Shown here piece after piece: positions 26,040-36,672 of a stretch of DNA of 64,000 bases. The stretch lies in NCBI GenBank assembly GCA_047967505.1, contig CM106538.1, one strand, 5' to 3'. The notes under the pieces are model-generated. The model saw nothing but the letters and a program-made list of their open reading frames with translations, was not told the origin of the DNA and made no database searches. Made by a program: the position numbers and the translations under genes. Numbering within the stretch: position 1 is the first letter of the stretch; each line of letters begins with the position of its first letter. Origin of the DNA: Dipteris shenzhenensis. Taxonomy: Eukaryota.

Positions 26040-26073
26040 TACCCCCGGATCCATTTTATTACCCGTCCTCGGG

Positions 26074-29000
26074 TTATGGCTTATTGCGATCACGTACCTG
26101 GGTTGCCATGTTTTTAGTCCAGTGGCTGTGGAACTTGTGTCGTGCCAGACGGTCCTGCTGTAGAGCCTTAGCACCATACAATTTTTGCGCAGTTTCCAGG
26201 TAGCCTGTATCCACCATTTGCTCGAACAGAGATATGTGGCGTGCCTCCAAGAAGATCACTCTTTGGTATAGTCTGCTTGTAAATCTGAGCATCAATCCGT
26301 TCATTGGGATTAAAGCTGAGTGGAGGCAAATGGGAATCAAGGTAGCAGGGGACTTCCAGAATTAATGCTAATGTTTTGCAGAATATGGCACTTTGGCGAA
26401 GGAAGCGATCAATGTTGCCGCGCATTGTTTGTTCATGCTGCTGAAGTGCTCGGATCATGGCCCCTTGGATAGTCCATTCTACACCAGAGTAGGATTCGAT
26501 CATTGGCCAATTAATGACTCGATCTTCAGCCAAAGTGTGTATGTTGGCTTCCCATCTTTTACGCCGTGGAACTGCATAGAACTTGGGATGGGTTCTGAGA
26601 CATGGAGGTGCCCGTAAGTACTCCTTTAAGAAGCTTACATCAAAGAGCTTGGGACGGCGCCAATCAGGTTGTGGATCCAATTTGCTAATCCAAGCTTCAC
26701 TTATTTGGTGTTGACGAAGATTGGTAGGAAAGTTACCCAGGGTCCATCCACCGCGAGTTTTCATATCAGGATATTTGCTCCAAAATTCCTTGATGGGGTT
26801 ACTGGGAAGTGGTATCTCATCAAAATCATACTCATCATTGGAACTTGGCATGGGTGTACGAATTGGATTATCCGGATCCTGATATTCAAAATCAAATACT
26901 GCATCATTTTCTGCTGATGGCAGCACCAGAAGTGTCGGAGGTGATGACGGGGCCGGGAGAGAAGCAGGGGACATGGGGGAGAAATATGGCTGAGTGATAG
27001 TGGCGGAAGGGGGAGCAGAGGGGAGGGGGGGAAGAAATGGGCAAATGGTTTGAGCAGCTTGGTAATCCTCAAGGGTAGGATTAGCAAGGGAGGGGAAAAA
27101 GCTAGGTGTGAGGGGCTCGTAAGTTTGGGACTGTTGGGTGAGTTGAAAATGGTGAGAGGCATGAGCAAAGAGACGATGGAGGGAATAGATGTTAGGATGA
27201 AGCTCGGGGAAGGTTAAGAGGGTGGCAGCAGCAAGGGGAAGTGAGGTTATGATGTTGGCAGAAAGAGTGGTTAGATATGGGAAGTTGGATGTGAGATAGG
27301 CCTTGTCATCGTCCGACACTTCTTTTTGCTGGTGCGATGGGATGATCAGCTGCATGGGTTGGATGCCCGTTAAGTCATGCCGTGCAAATAATAGGGATGG
27401 CCTTTGCAGCAACGGCAACAAACCTGCAATAACCCTGAGGGGAGGACTACCCATGAGGCAGGCATATGCAATGAAAGCATCTGTCCTGAGAGTTATAAAC
27501 CCGGCATGTGTAGACAGGCAGAAGATATTCTTCTCATCTTCAGACAAGTCTTGGCAAATGATGCGCAGGGTTTTAATCCCGATGGATCGTTTCCAGTCGA
27601 TTGTTGGATGAGCAGCTATGATCTTGAGTTGGAGTTGCTTCCATTGGATCAGCACGCGTGCGTGGAGGTGATCTTCCATTTGGAGAGCAGTCACAAGCTC
27701 TTCATACACCACGGTTGTGCATTGTAGTGGGCCGTCATTGGTGTTGTCTTCCAATGCCTCATTGTTATGCACTAGCAATTGGAGTTCAAGCTTGGAGATG
27801 GCTATTTTTTGGGAGTGCATCTCATTCATCTTTTCTTTGTACTGATGGTAGATGCTGGTGTATGCCTCTTTAAGCTTTTTCATTTGCAAGGTGACCTGAT
27901 GTCTTTAGTGGTATTGGACCATTGGTCCAAGAAGTGGGCTTGTAAAGTGCTGGCCTCTTGAACAGTAGCAAGTTGGTCTTTTAAGAGTCGGCATTCCCTT
28001 GTAAGCTCATCAATGCTAAAGGCACGTACTGCCAAAGATTGTTGCATGTCTTCAAGCTTGTCCTTGCAATCCTGGAGCTCGTCTTCTTTGTGAATGAGAG
28101 TGAGTCGAGCTTGTGCCACTTCCTCTGTTTGTTGCGCATGTGCAGTTGTCAGGGAGTTATAGGAGGTCTGTAGGATTGCCATTGCTTCGACTGCCGCAGT
28201 CAGCTGTGTTTGACTTTGATGGAGGTTGGAGGTCACATCCCTTACGGCCTTCTCTTGAGCTTGGAGAGCCTGGTTCATGCGCACTTCTTCTACCTCCTTC
28301 TCATCTATCTGTGCCCGAAGAGCCTTGACCTCGATGGCGATTGCCTGGAATTGGTCTTCGATTTCTGATGCCGTCTGCCTTTCCAATTCTCTTGCATATG
28401 CTTCCTTAGCCAAGCTAGTGAAGAGTTCGGACATTTGGATCATTTGGCTAGCTTGATGCTGGAGAATGACAGATGGTGATGAGGTCTGGCGATATTGCTG
28501 ATACAAGTGGTGCCCATGTAGCCATCCCGAGGATTCTGTAGTACTTGGGGGAGGTTGTTCCAATGGCATTTCACTCCCTTGTGGACAATAGTCATACTGC
28601 TGATCTGGCACGAGCTCTCCTTGGGGCTCATCGACTGGCATGACGTCGATGGGCGGTTCGAGTGCTGATGTGGTCTCAAGCTCTTCCTCAGGTTCGGGTG
28701 CCAACCTTGTCTCGAGCTCGGGTGGGTGCTGTTGGGGGAGACTTAGTGGTTGCAATTGTGCACCGAGCTGAAGCATTTCCTGAGGCAATTCTACAATCCT
28801 GCTTTCCAGAATAGGTACTTCTGTTAAGGCATCTGTACTTATCAATGTGATAGCTGGAGCAGTTGATGATGGCTCCCATACTGGTGAGAAGGGTATGTCC
28901 AACTCCTCAATTGGCTTTGGAGACTGGGGCAGAGTCATTTCTCTTTGTTGTAGTTCCTTTTTGATGATGATAGCCAATAAGTGCGGAATTTTACATTTCT

Positions 29001-29352
29001 GGCCTGAAGAACCATCGAGTTTTTTGGTAAAGAAAATGACAAAGTGTTGGACCCAGTCTTGTTTGAGCTTCCTACTCAGCAAAACAAATGTGCGGAGTGG
29101 AAGGGAGCGTTCCTTGCCGTTCTTGATTCCCAGGATGGTGGATAGAAATTGTGCTGCTTCCTTGAGGTGAGGGTCAAGGATTGTGCGAAGCAAGATGCCA
29201 TCTCTATGGATCAGGGTACCCTTGGTGAGGAGAGACTGTACTTCGATAAACTTTGCATCCGCAGACCTTTTAGGGTATTCGCCACCTTGCCTTGGCAGAG
29301 AGAAAGCCCTTTGAATGACTGTACTGTCGAGGATAATGTTTAGTGGGCTCTG
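26074..29352 (-). CDS. Unknown accessory region of the gypsy-like element (coiled coil, Pro-rich segment, unknown C-terminal domain), in frameshifted pieces
   Basis: ORFs 27880-29193 (open back to 29352), 26168-27889 and 26074-26340 overlap at short frameshift junctions. No YxDD, RNase H or HHCC/DDE motifs were seen. Confidence 0.7.
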
Positions 29353-32253
29353 CTATACAGTGATTGTACCGTACTTGCCATCTGTTGCATTGCTGGAGTA
29401 GTAAGAGTGGAGAAAGTCCTTGATGTAGGTGGTCATGATAGGACTATCCTCCAAGGATTTGAGGCTCTCATGCAAATTGCCTAGACCCCGTTGCTCTAAG
29501 TAAGATGTTGCTTCCTGGGAAAGAGCATAAGTCGAGGTGGGTGGCCAGACAAGTTCCAATGATTGGGCCTTGTTACCAGTTGTGCACGCCGGCTGTGACT
29601 GGGGTAGCATAGTTGCATTTAGTAATTTGTTAGGCTCTTCTTGCCTTTCTTTTTCTGAAGTCTCTTGATCGAGCTTCATCCGCACATGTGGCTTATATTT
29701 CCGAAACTTCTTACGTTGGGAACTGTGGGGTAACTTTTCCACTGGTAAGGTGTTTCCAAGTAAGGGTTCATGTGCTGCACATACTCCTTCCAGTCCTTCA
29801 GGGGACCATTCAAGAGGTGGTGGTTTTGACTTTGAGGGGACTGCCTTTGTAAGATACAATTCCACAATCCTTGTTTGGACTCGTTCGAATTCATTGAAGT
29901 GCTCGGCCTTGGCTTTTCTGCGATTTCCTCCTGCAGCTTTCTTGCGGGATCTTCTGCTGTTATTCAACTGTGGAGGTTCAATTTTTGGGAGCTCAACTGC
30001 CATTAGGGCATGGAGAATGGCTAGGTCATTATCAAAGATTTGATCTTCAATTTCAGCATTCGCAGCCTCTGTTTCAAGATCCCAAGGAAAATCTGAGTCA
30101 TCATTGGTATGGGTACCTTCTTCAGGTTCATTTTCCCATTCGAGGTCAGCCATAAAGAAAGGCATCTCTACATCGATTTGTTCTTCATGTGTCGGTGGAG
30201 GATCGACCTGTAGTGCGTTAACATCTATCTGTGAGAAGATGGGGTCTAATGAATGGCAGTTGTCGATGGTTGCCAATGTTTGTATCCAGTTATTGACATT
30301 GCTTTGTGAGTCACCTGCTATGGCATGCTGTTGCAAGGGATCTGATTTGCTCGAGATTGTCGTGGAAGATGTGTCATCCAATGCTCTAGGAACAATTGGT
30401 TTAATAACTCCTGTCCCCACATTCACCCTGACTGCAGTATCTCGATTCTGGATTGTCAATCTATTAGTTCCCCAGTCATGGAGGACTGATGCTTCCCGTA
30501 ACCAAGGACGTCCCAGTAAGATTTGATAGGATTTTTTGGGGAGATCCAAGATTGTGAATTGAAGGGAAAAGCGGACTCCTGCGATCTTTGTGGACACGCC
30601 ATTCACTATTCCCAAGGGTTTAGCCCGTGAATCATCGGCAAGGCGTATGTTGAAATTAGCCTTTTGCATTGGTGGAAGACCCCATTCTTCGTAGAGCTCC
30701 TTTGATAGGACATTGACACCTGCTCCACCATCCACTATGGCTTGGACTTCATTATATGCTTTGTGGTTCAAAGGCACAGTGATGTTGCGTATGTCATCTC
30801 TCTCACCCATCCGCACAGGGATATCTTCAATGTCGTTTATAGGTGGAGGGGGATTTGCGAGTTCAATCCATCCTTTGAAACTCTCCCAGAGATTGGGACA
30901 ATTTCGTAAGAGGATTCCGATGGGAATTGACACAGGGCAACTCAGGATGCTTGAGAGTGCAGCTCCTTCAAGTTGACGTGGCGGTACATTCTGTTGTGGA
31001 GTCTGTTGTTGGAACAAAGGCTCGAGTACAGTATCAATACTTTGTGGGGCCAAGTCATGGATTGGGTCTTGAGCTTGTTTCTGAGCCTCAAATTGAGCTT
31101 GTTCATTTTGAACCCATTGCTGAAGTACCTGAAAACGAGCCTTCTCCACCTCTGCATTCGGGAATGGAGCTTCTTGTATTCGAGGCTCGGGAGTGGATGT
31201 GGATGAGCTCGGCTGCTCATTGCTTGGCGGAGGTGGAGGCACTTGTGCTTTCTTTCTCAGAAGTCGCTTCGGTTGGATTGGAATGATAGGGTCCTTCGTG
31301 GCCTCTTTCTGTTGGCGTGTAATTACATTGATAGGTTGTGACCTTAGACTTGCTGGACCCAGACTTTGATGGTCCACCCCAATGATGCCGATGGGGACGT
31401 CAGGCTTAACCTCTGTTTGTTCTGGGACCTTATTTTTCATGGGACAATCCATACAGGCATGTCCTATGCCACAATCTCTGCAAAGTGGTTGGAAAGTAGC
31501 TGGGCTACCGCGATGAGGGCACTCTGCAATTCTATGATTTTCTCCACAACCGTAACACTTGATTGGTGCGCGAAATGTGTTGGGTCGCACTTGATTTGCA
31601 TAGACTGGTATTAGACCCTCTGCACCTTCTACATAGTACACTGGGTACTCTGCTTCATACTCAAATAGCGAGTCTACTTCCTCGGCTTGTAATTGATGTA
31701 TGGGAACTGCCGGAGGAGCTGGATTTGGTGCTCTTGGATACGGTCGTGGATTTGGATTCCTGAGTAGTTGTGGGACTTGTGTCCGAACGGGAACAGGATT
31801 TAGCCTCGGAGCTGGGGGGGCTTGTGCAAGTGCCGGTTGCCTGTATACTGGCATGGGTGCCGCTTGGTATTGTGGTGGTCGAGGCGGATTGTTGCGCATG
31901 TTGAAGATACAACTGGTCTCATCATGGCCGCCGACGACACAGATATGGCACCACAACCGTGGCGGTGGATTTGCTTGTGCATTGATTCTTGCTCTTAGGA
32001 TTGGGCATTCATTTGCTGTATGATTTGCCAAGCAGTGTGGGCACCAGACATTTTCTCGCCGTGGATATGTTTGAGTTGGCGGCTGAGACAAGTGAAGTTT
32101 TTGATCCATGGCCTGCATCATATCTTCTTTCAGCTTCAAGGTCATGGCCTCGAGGCGATCTTCATTGGATGTTTCGGCAATGTCCTTTGATTTACCTTTT
32201 TTCGAGTGCTTATCTCGTGTATTGGACCTGGCATCATCACTGCTAGTGTCTAG
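29353..32253 (-). CDS. Gag C-terminal part with 4 CCHC knuckles, retroviral-type aspartic protease and unknown extension
   Basis: 930-aa ORF, open upstream to 32253. Knuckles are CPHCLANHTANEC, CHICVVGGHDETSC, CYGCGENHRIAEC and CRDCGIGHACMDC. The protease motif AIVDGGAGVNVL...ILLGRPWL lies at ~30500-30740. Confidence 0.9.
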   Translation of the reverse strand, partial: LDTSSDDARSNTRDKHSKKGKSKDIAETSNEDRLEAMTLKLKEDMMQAMDQKLHLSQPPTQTYPRRENVWCPHCLANHTANECPILRARINAQANPPPRLWCHICVVGGHDETSCIFNMRNNPPRPPQYQAAPMPVYRQPALAQAPPAPRLNPVPVRTQVPQLLRNPNPRPYPRAPNPAPPAVPIHQLQAEEVDSLFEYEAEYPVYYVEGAEGLIPVYANQVRPNTFRAPIKCYGCGENHRIAECPHRGSPATFQPLCRDCGIGHACMDCPMKNKVPEQTEVKPDVPIGIIGVDHQSLGPASLRSQPINVITRQQKEATKDPIIPIQPKRLLRKKAQVPPPPPSNEQPSSSTSTPEPRIQEAPFPNAEVEKARFQVLQQWVQNEQAQFEAQKQAQDPIHDLAPQSIDTVLEPLFQQQTPQQNVPPRQLEGAALSSILSCPVSIPIGILLRNCPNLWESFKGWIELANPPPPINDIEDIPVRMGERDDIRNITVPLNHKAYNEVQAIVDGGAGVNVLSKELYEEWGLPPMQKANFNIRLADDSRAKPLGIVNGVSTKIAGVRFSLQFTILDLPKKSYQILLGRPWLREASVLHDWGTNRLTIQNRDTAVRVNVGTGVIKPIVPRALDDTSSTTISSKSDPLQQHAIAGDSQSNVNNWIQTLATIDNCHSLDPIFSQIDVNALQVDPPPTHEEQIDVEMPFFMADLEWENEPEEGTHTNDDSDFPWDLETEAANAEIEDQIFDNDLAILHALMAVELPKIEPPQLNNSRRSRKKAAGGNRRKAKAEHFNEFERVQTRIVELYLTKAVPSKSKPPPLEWSPEGLEGVCAAHEPLLGNTLPVEKLPHSSQRKKFRKYKPHVRMKLDQETSEKERQEEPNKLLNATMLPQSQPACTTGNKAQSLELVWPPTSTYALSQEATSYLEQRGLGNLHESLKSLEDSPIMTTYIKDFLHSYYSSNATDGKYGTITV

Positions 32254-32986
32254 TCATGCCATCTTCGATGTCAATGGCTGCCGCATGAGCAGCACTGAAT
32301 GTTTCATAGCTACTTATCTTTTTCATCTCCTTGCGGATTTTCTTTCTGAGGCCTGCTATGAACCATGCCGTGAGGTGCTTTGCATCTGGGCGTGGGTCAC
32401 ATTTGGCGATCAATCTCTTCATCTTTCCCAGGTATGTGCGTACATCTTCCCTCCGGCCTTGTTCGATCTTGCTGAGTTGGAGAGCGGGATCATCTTGTAG
32501 CCTTTCCGTTTGAAAGCGACGTTTGAATTCGGTTTGAAGTAGGTCCCATGTGGCACGTTCTTCCACAAGAAGGTCGAGGTACCATTCTGACGCCTCATCA
32601 GTTAAGGCCATTGGAAACCAAGCCACCTTAGTTTCATGGGATTGATCACCACCTGCTCGACATGCGGCATCAAAATGTTGGAGGAAGCGAGCAGGGTCTC
32701 CCCTACCATTATATTTGGGAAGTTCCAGTTTTCCCAAGGGGCGTCGGCCGTGATTGTTGTGATTTCGTCGATTGAAGAAGTTGTCAGCCTCGGCATCGAG
32801 CTCGATGTCCCCATCATGCTCAGGACGGCGTCCAGCCATGTTGGGGCGTGGAGGAGTTAAAGGAAGTTGTTGAATTTCAGGGGGGAATTCGGGGTAGAGG
32901 ATTGGCAGGGGCAATTGTTGCAGTGGAGTAAGTTGCGGATTGGGCGAGCGTTGGAGTCGAAGTCGTTGGCCGGAACGTAACTGCAT
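32243..32986 (-). CDS. Retrotransposon Gag capsid domain
   Basis: MQLRSG start, then LPKYNGRGDP..FLQHF, LTDEASEWY, TWDLLQTEFKRRF, QGRREDVRTY and FIAGLR: the Retrotrans_gag pattern. Confidence 0.92.
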   Translation of the reverse strand: MQLRSGQRLRLQRSPNPQLTPLQQLPLPILYPEFPPEIQQLPLTPPRPNMAGRRPEHDGDIELDAEADNFFNRRNHNNHGRRPLGKLELPKYNGRGDPARFLQHFDAACRAGGDQSHETKVAWFPMALTDEASEWYLDLLVEERATWDLLQTEFKRRFQTERLQDDPALQLSKIEQGRREDVRTYLGKMKRLIAKCDPRPDAKHLTAWFIAGLRKKIRKEMKKISSYETFSAAHAAAIDIEDGMTRH

Positions 32987-33439
32987 GCAGATGGTGCGTG
33001 ATTTGCCAAGGGGATCGCTACCCCAAGGGTGGGCGTGGAGGTGGTGTCGTTAGGAGAGTTAGAGTGATGTTAACATGTGTAGGGACCGTCGTGTTAATAA
33101 TGTGCCTAGGATTGTCCTACGTGTGTAGGGAAATGTGATGGTGCAGACGGATCGTTAATCGGAGGTCGCGGCGTGAAAATACGAGTGAATTAATGTAAAA
33201 TGAGGCCCACACGGGGGCGCGAACGAACGTGTGCTAGGGATGCCGAAATGGTGTGCAATGGGTTGGAAAAATACCCCGTAACGTGGTGTTTCCGTGTGTG
33301 AAATCTGGGTTCAAACGGGGTTCAATTTGGGTCCCAAACGGATGAGTTTCGAGGGGTTTAAGGAGGGGTAAATTTGGCGTTTGGGGGGTCCTAATGGTGG
33401 TGTGAATGGACTTTAAGTCCAACCGAGGGGTTGAAACCA

Positions 33440-33730
33440 AGTGACTCTAGTTAGAGTAACTAACCTAGATCCTCCCAGTTACTGTAACTGGGAGGTTTAA
33501 CTAACTGTAGTTAGATACTAACTGTAGTTAGATACTAACCTAACTGAGGGCTAACTAAACTAACCTAGCCTCAAGTACTACTAACCTAACCTACGTAGCT
33601 AATCTAACTGAGGTTAACTAGCTAACCTAGGGTTAACTAACCTAACCTAACTGTAGTTAGTACTAACCTAACTGTGGTTAAACTAACCGTAGAGTTAATG
33701 TTAGGTTAGGGTTAGTTTGGTTAGGTTTAG
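33440..33730. repeat. Low-complexity CTAAC/GTTAG repeat block in the gypsy 5' internal region
   Basis: Dense ctaac, taact and gttag units in both orientations. Confidence 0.8.
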
Positions 33731-33949
33731 TTTTTTTTTTTTTTTTTTAATGTGGGGGGGGGCTGCCCGACGGCGGTGCCCGGAGAGAGGGGGGGGGGGG
33801 GGGGGTTGGTTTGACGCGGCGGGGGGAACGGGGGAGGGCGAGGGGGGTGCGAGGGGGGTTGCGAAGGGGAGGGCGAGGGGGGTGCAAGGGGGGGTGCGAG
33901 GGGGTTTGCGCGGGCGGGGGGCGCGGGGCGGGGTAGGCGGGGGCGGGGC

Positions 33950-34205
33950 GGGGTAGTTAGCGGGGCGGCGTCGCGGTCGCCGCGGGCGGCGGCCGGTGGC
34001 GCGCGAGGGCGGCCGGTGGTGCCGGCGCCGGGACGGGGTAGTTAGCGGGGCGGCGTCGCGGTCGCCGCGGGCGGTGGCCGGTGGCGCGCGAGGGCGGCCG
34101 GTGGTGCCGGCGCCGGGACGGGGTAGTTAGCGGGGCGGCGTCGCGGTCGCCGCGGGCGGTGGCCGGTGGCGCGCGAGGGCGGCCGGTGGTGCCGGCGCCG
34201 GGACG
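33950..34205. repeat. GC-rich tandem repeat (~85-bp unit, ~3 copies)
   Basis: ggggtagttagcggggcggcgtcgcggtcgccgcgggcgg..ggccggtggcgcgcgagggcggccggtggtgccggcgccgggac at ~33950, ~34035 and ~34120. Confidence 0.9.
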
Positions 34206-35525
34206 GAGGGCGCGGCGCAGGTGGGCGCTGCGGCGCGCCACCGCCGGCGGAGGCGCTGCGGGGGCGCCTCTGTTGGGCGCCGCCGCGGTGCCGTGAGCGG
34301 GGGCGGGCGGGGCTGGGGGGTTGGGGCTGGGGGTGGCGGGCGGTTAGAGATAGGGGGTGGGGTAAGGGGGAGGGGGTAAGGGGGAGAAAGAGTAGAGGGG
34401 GGGTTAGGGGGTGGAGGGGTCGGGGGTAAGGGGGAGGGGGTAAGGGGGAGAAAGAGTAGAGGGGGGGTTAGGGGGTGGAGGGGTCGAGGGTAAGGGGGAG
34501 GGGGTAAGGGGGAGAAAGAGGAGAGAGTGAGAGAGAGAGGGGGTGGGAGAGAGAGAAGAGAGAGAGAGGGAAAAAAGGGGAGTGGAGAGGGAAAGGAGAG
34601 AGAAGGTGGAGGGGGAGGTGAAGATGGAGGGGGAGGGGGGAGGTGGTGGAGGGGGAGATGAAGGGGGAGGGGGAGAGGGGGAAGGTGGTGGTGAGGGGGA
34701 GGGGGAGAGGGGGAGGTGGTGGTGGAGGGGGAGGGGGAGATGAGAGGAGAGGATGGTGGTGGAGGGGGGAAGGGGGTGGTGGAGGGGGAGATGAAGAGGG
34801 AAGGGGAGGTGGAGGTGGAGGTGAAGAGGGAGGGGGAGATGGTGGTGGAGATGGAGGGGGAAGGGGGAAGAAAGAGGGAAACAAACTTGAAAGACTGAAA
34901 TCGAAAAGCAGGGAGAGGTGATCACCTGATCGCTCTCCAAGTCTTTCTCGATGTAACGGGATTGTCGCGGAACAATGGACGGTGGGTGGAAGGCTAGGTC
35001 ATCGCTGCGAGAAGGGCTCGATGACACTTACATGGCGAGGATAGGAGTAAGGGGGCGGTCGATGGAGAGGGAGGAGTGTCTTGCGTGGGGCTCGGAAGGT
35101 GGAAGAGAATGGAGGCAAAAAGTGAAAGATGAAGAATGAGGGGGGTGGAGTAGGTTTTTATAGGTTTGGATTTTAGGTTTAGGGTTTAGGTTTAGGGTTT
35201 AACCCTAAACTCTTCCCGAGCCATAACTCTTTATGGAGAGCTCGGTTTGCCTTTCTGTAAAAAGGTAAAATGATCATAATTGAAAGCTCTACACAACCGT
35301 GTCCACTACCTAGCCTAATTGTACATCATGTGGCTTTTATTTAAGAAATTAAGAAAAATTCTTAAGGCAGTAACCCAAAGTGGATGTTTGGGGTTGATAT
35401 GTTTGGCTAGATTTGGATAAATTTTTACTCTCCTTGCCCTTGAGTGGTATGTGCATGAAAGTTTGAAGTAGTGACTTGTTTTACACCTACCTACGCATGT
35501 TTACTCGCTACTTGAGACGCTAGTC

Positions 35526-35543
35526 TCCCCGGCAGCGGCGCCA
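35526..35543 (-). promoter_or_regulatory. Primer-binding site, Athila-like (tRNA-Asp type)
   Basis: Minus strand reads TGGCGCCGCTGCCGGGGA, 2 nt inside the 5' LTR end. This is one mismatch from the Athila-type TGGCGCCGTTGCCGGGGA. Confidence 0.85.
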
Positions 35544-35545
35544 AA

Positions 35546-36672
35546 TGTTGGCTCTTTCCTACCGCTTTCGTAGGAAGAGCTGGGTGTTCTATGTTGCAGG
35601 GTTCCGAGGCTTTTTGTCACCTATAGATATATTAGGATTGTCGTTGTAGTATATATGTAGCTTAGGACCTCGAGTCGTGTTCCGTTGAGAGACGTAGGCT
35701 TAAGTGTGGTGAGTAAACATAATGCAAGCATGTGTAGAAGGCACGTAAACCATTGTTGTTGGGGTAATGAAGGCTTTCGCCTTCATTGGGGGTTGTAAGG
35801 TTTAGGAGGAGTTTAAGGGTTCAGAAGGAGGTTCCAGGGTTTAGAAAGAGTTCAGGGTTAGAAAGAGTTCCAGGGTTCAGAAGGAGGTTCCAAGGTTTAG
35901 AAAGAGTTCAGGGTTAGAAAGAGTTCCAGGGTTCAGAAGGAGGTTCCAGGGTTTAGAGTAGAGTACATGGTGGAGAACTCGTCTCCCTCGTAGATCATTG
36001 AGTTTAAGGGTTTAGGAAAGTATAGGAGTGGGAGAGGAAGAAGGTGTAAGAGCATGGGTGAAGTAAGAGGGAGAGGAGGAAGGAGGAGGAGGGAAGAGGA
36101 GGAGGGAGAGGGAGGAGAGAGGAGGAGGAGGAGGAGGGAGGAGGAGGGAGGAGGAGGAGGAGGAGGAGGAGGAGGAGGAGGAGGGAGAAGGGAGGAGGAG
36201 AGGGAGAGGATGGGTTGCAGGGTTGGAGGAGAGGGAAGAAGGGTTGCAAGGTTAGGACATGCTTTTGGACGTGCAGTCCAAGGAAGCATGGACACTTGAG
36301 ACAAATGCTTGGAATACCAATGTAGACTCAACACAATGCCCCAAGAGTGTGGGCTTCATTCCATTATGGGGTATTTATACAAGTTGGAGAGCTTCCCTCT
36401 CTGCATGTAACACAAAGTCGTATCACAAAGTTGTAACACAAAGTTGTGTCACAAAGTCGTAACACATTCTCTCTAGAAGATGTAACACAAAGTTGTTACA
36501 CAAAGTTGTTACACAAAGTTGTTACACAAAGTTGTAACATAAACTTGTAATACAAACTTGCAACACAAAGTTGTTACACAAAGTCGTAACATAAAGTTGT
36601 GTCTAGAAGTTGTAACACAAAGTTGTAACACCTTCTCTTTCTTCATAAGTTCATGTTGGCACAGAGTCAACA
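35546..36672 (-). repeat. 5' LTR of gypsy-like element (1127 bp)
   Basis: Partner of 24926-26039, with one extra 13-bp unit. Minus-strand TATAAAT at 36373-36379. Confidence 0.97.

Larger units (their letters stand above)
24926..36672 (-). mobile_element. Ty3/gypsy-like (Athila/Tat-type PBS) LTR element lacking RT/RNase H/integrase, young
   Basis: LTRs at 24926-26039 and 35546-36672 (TG...CA) differ by about 6 substitutions by eye plus one 13-bp unit. TSD ACCAC at 24921-24925 and 36673-36677. PBS and PPT orient the element on the minus strand. Confidence 0.97.

Noticed and set aside
26168-29352. Endogenous viral envelope or RT gene
   Set aside because: No signal peptide, clear transmembrane anchor or YxDD motif is visible, so it was kept only as an unknown accessory region.
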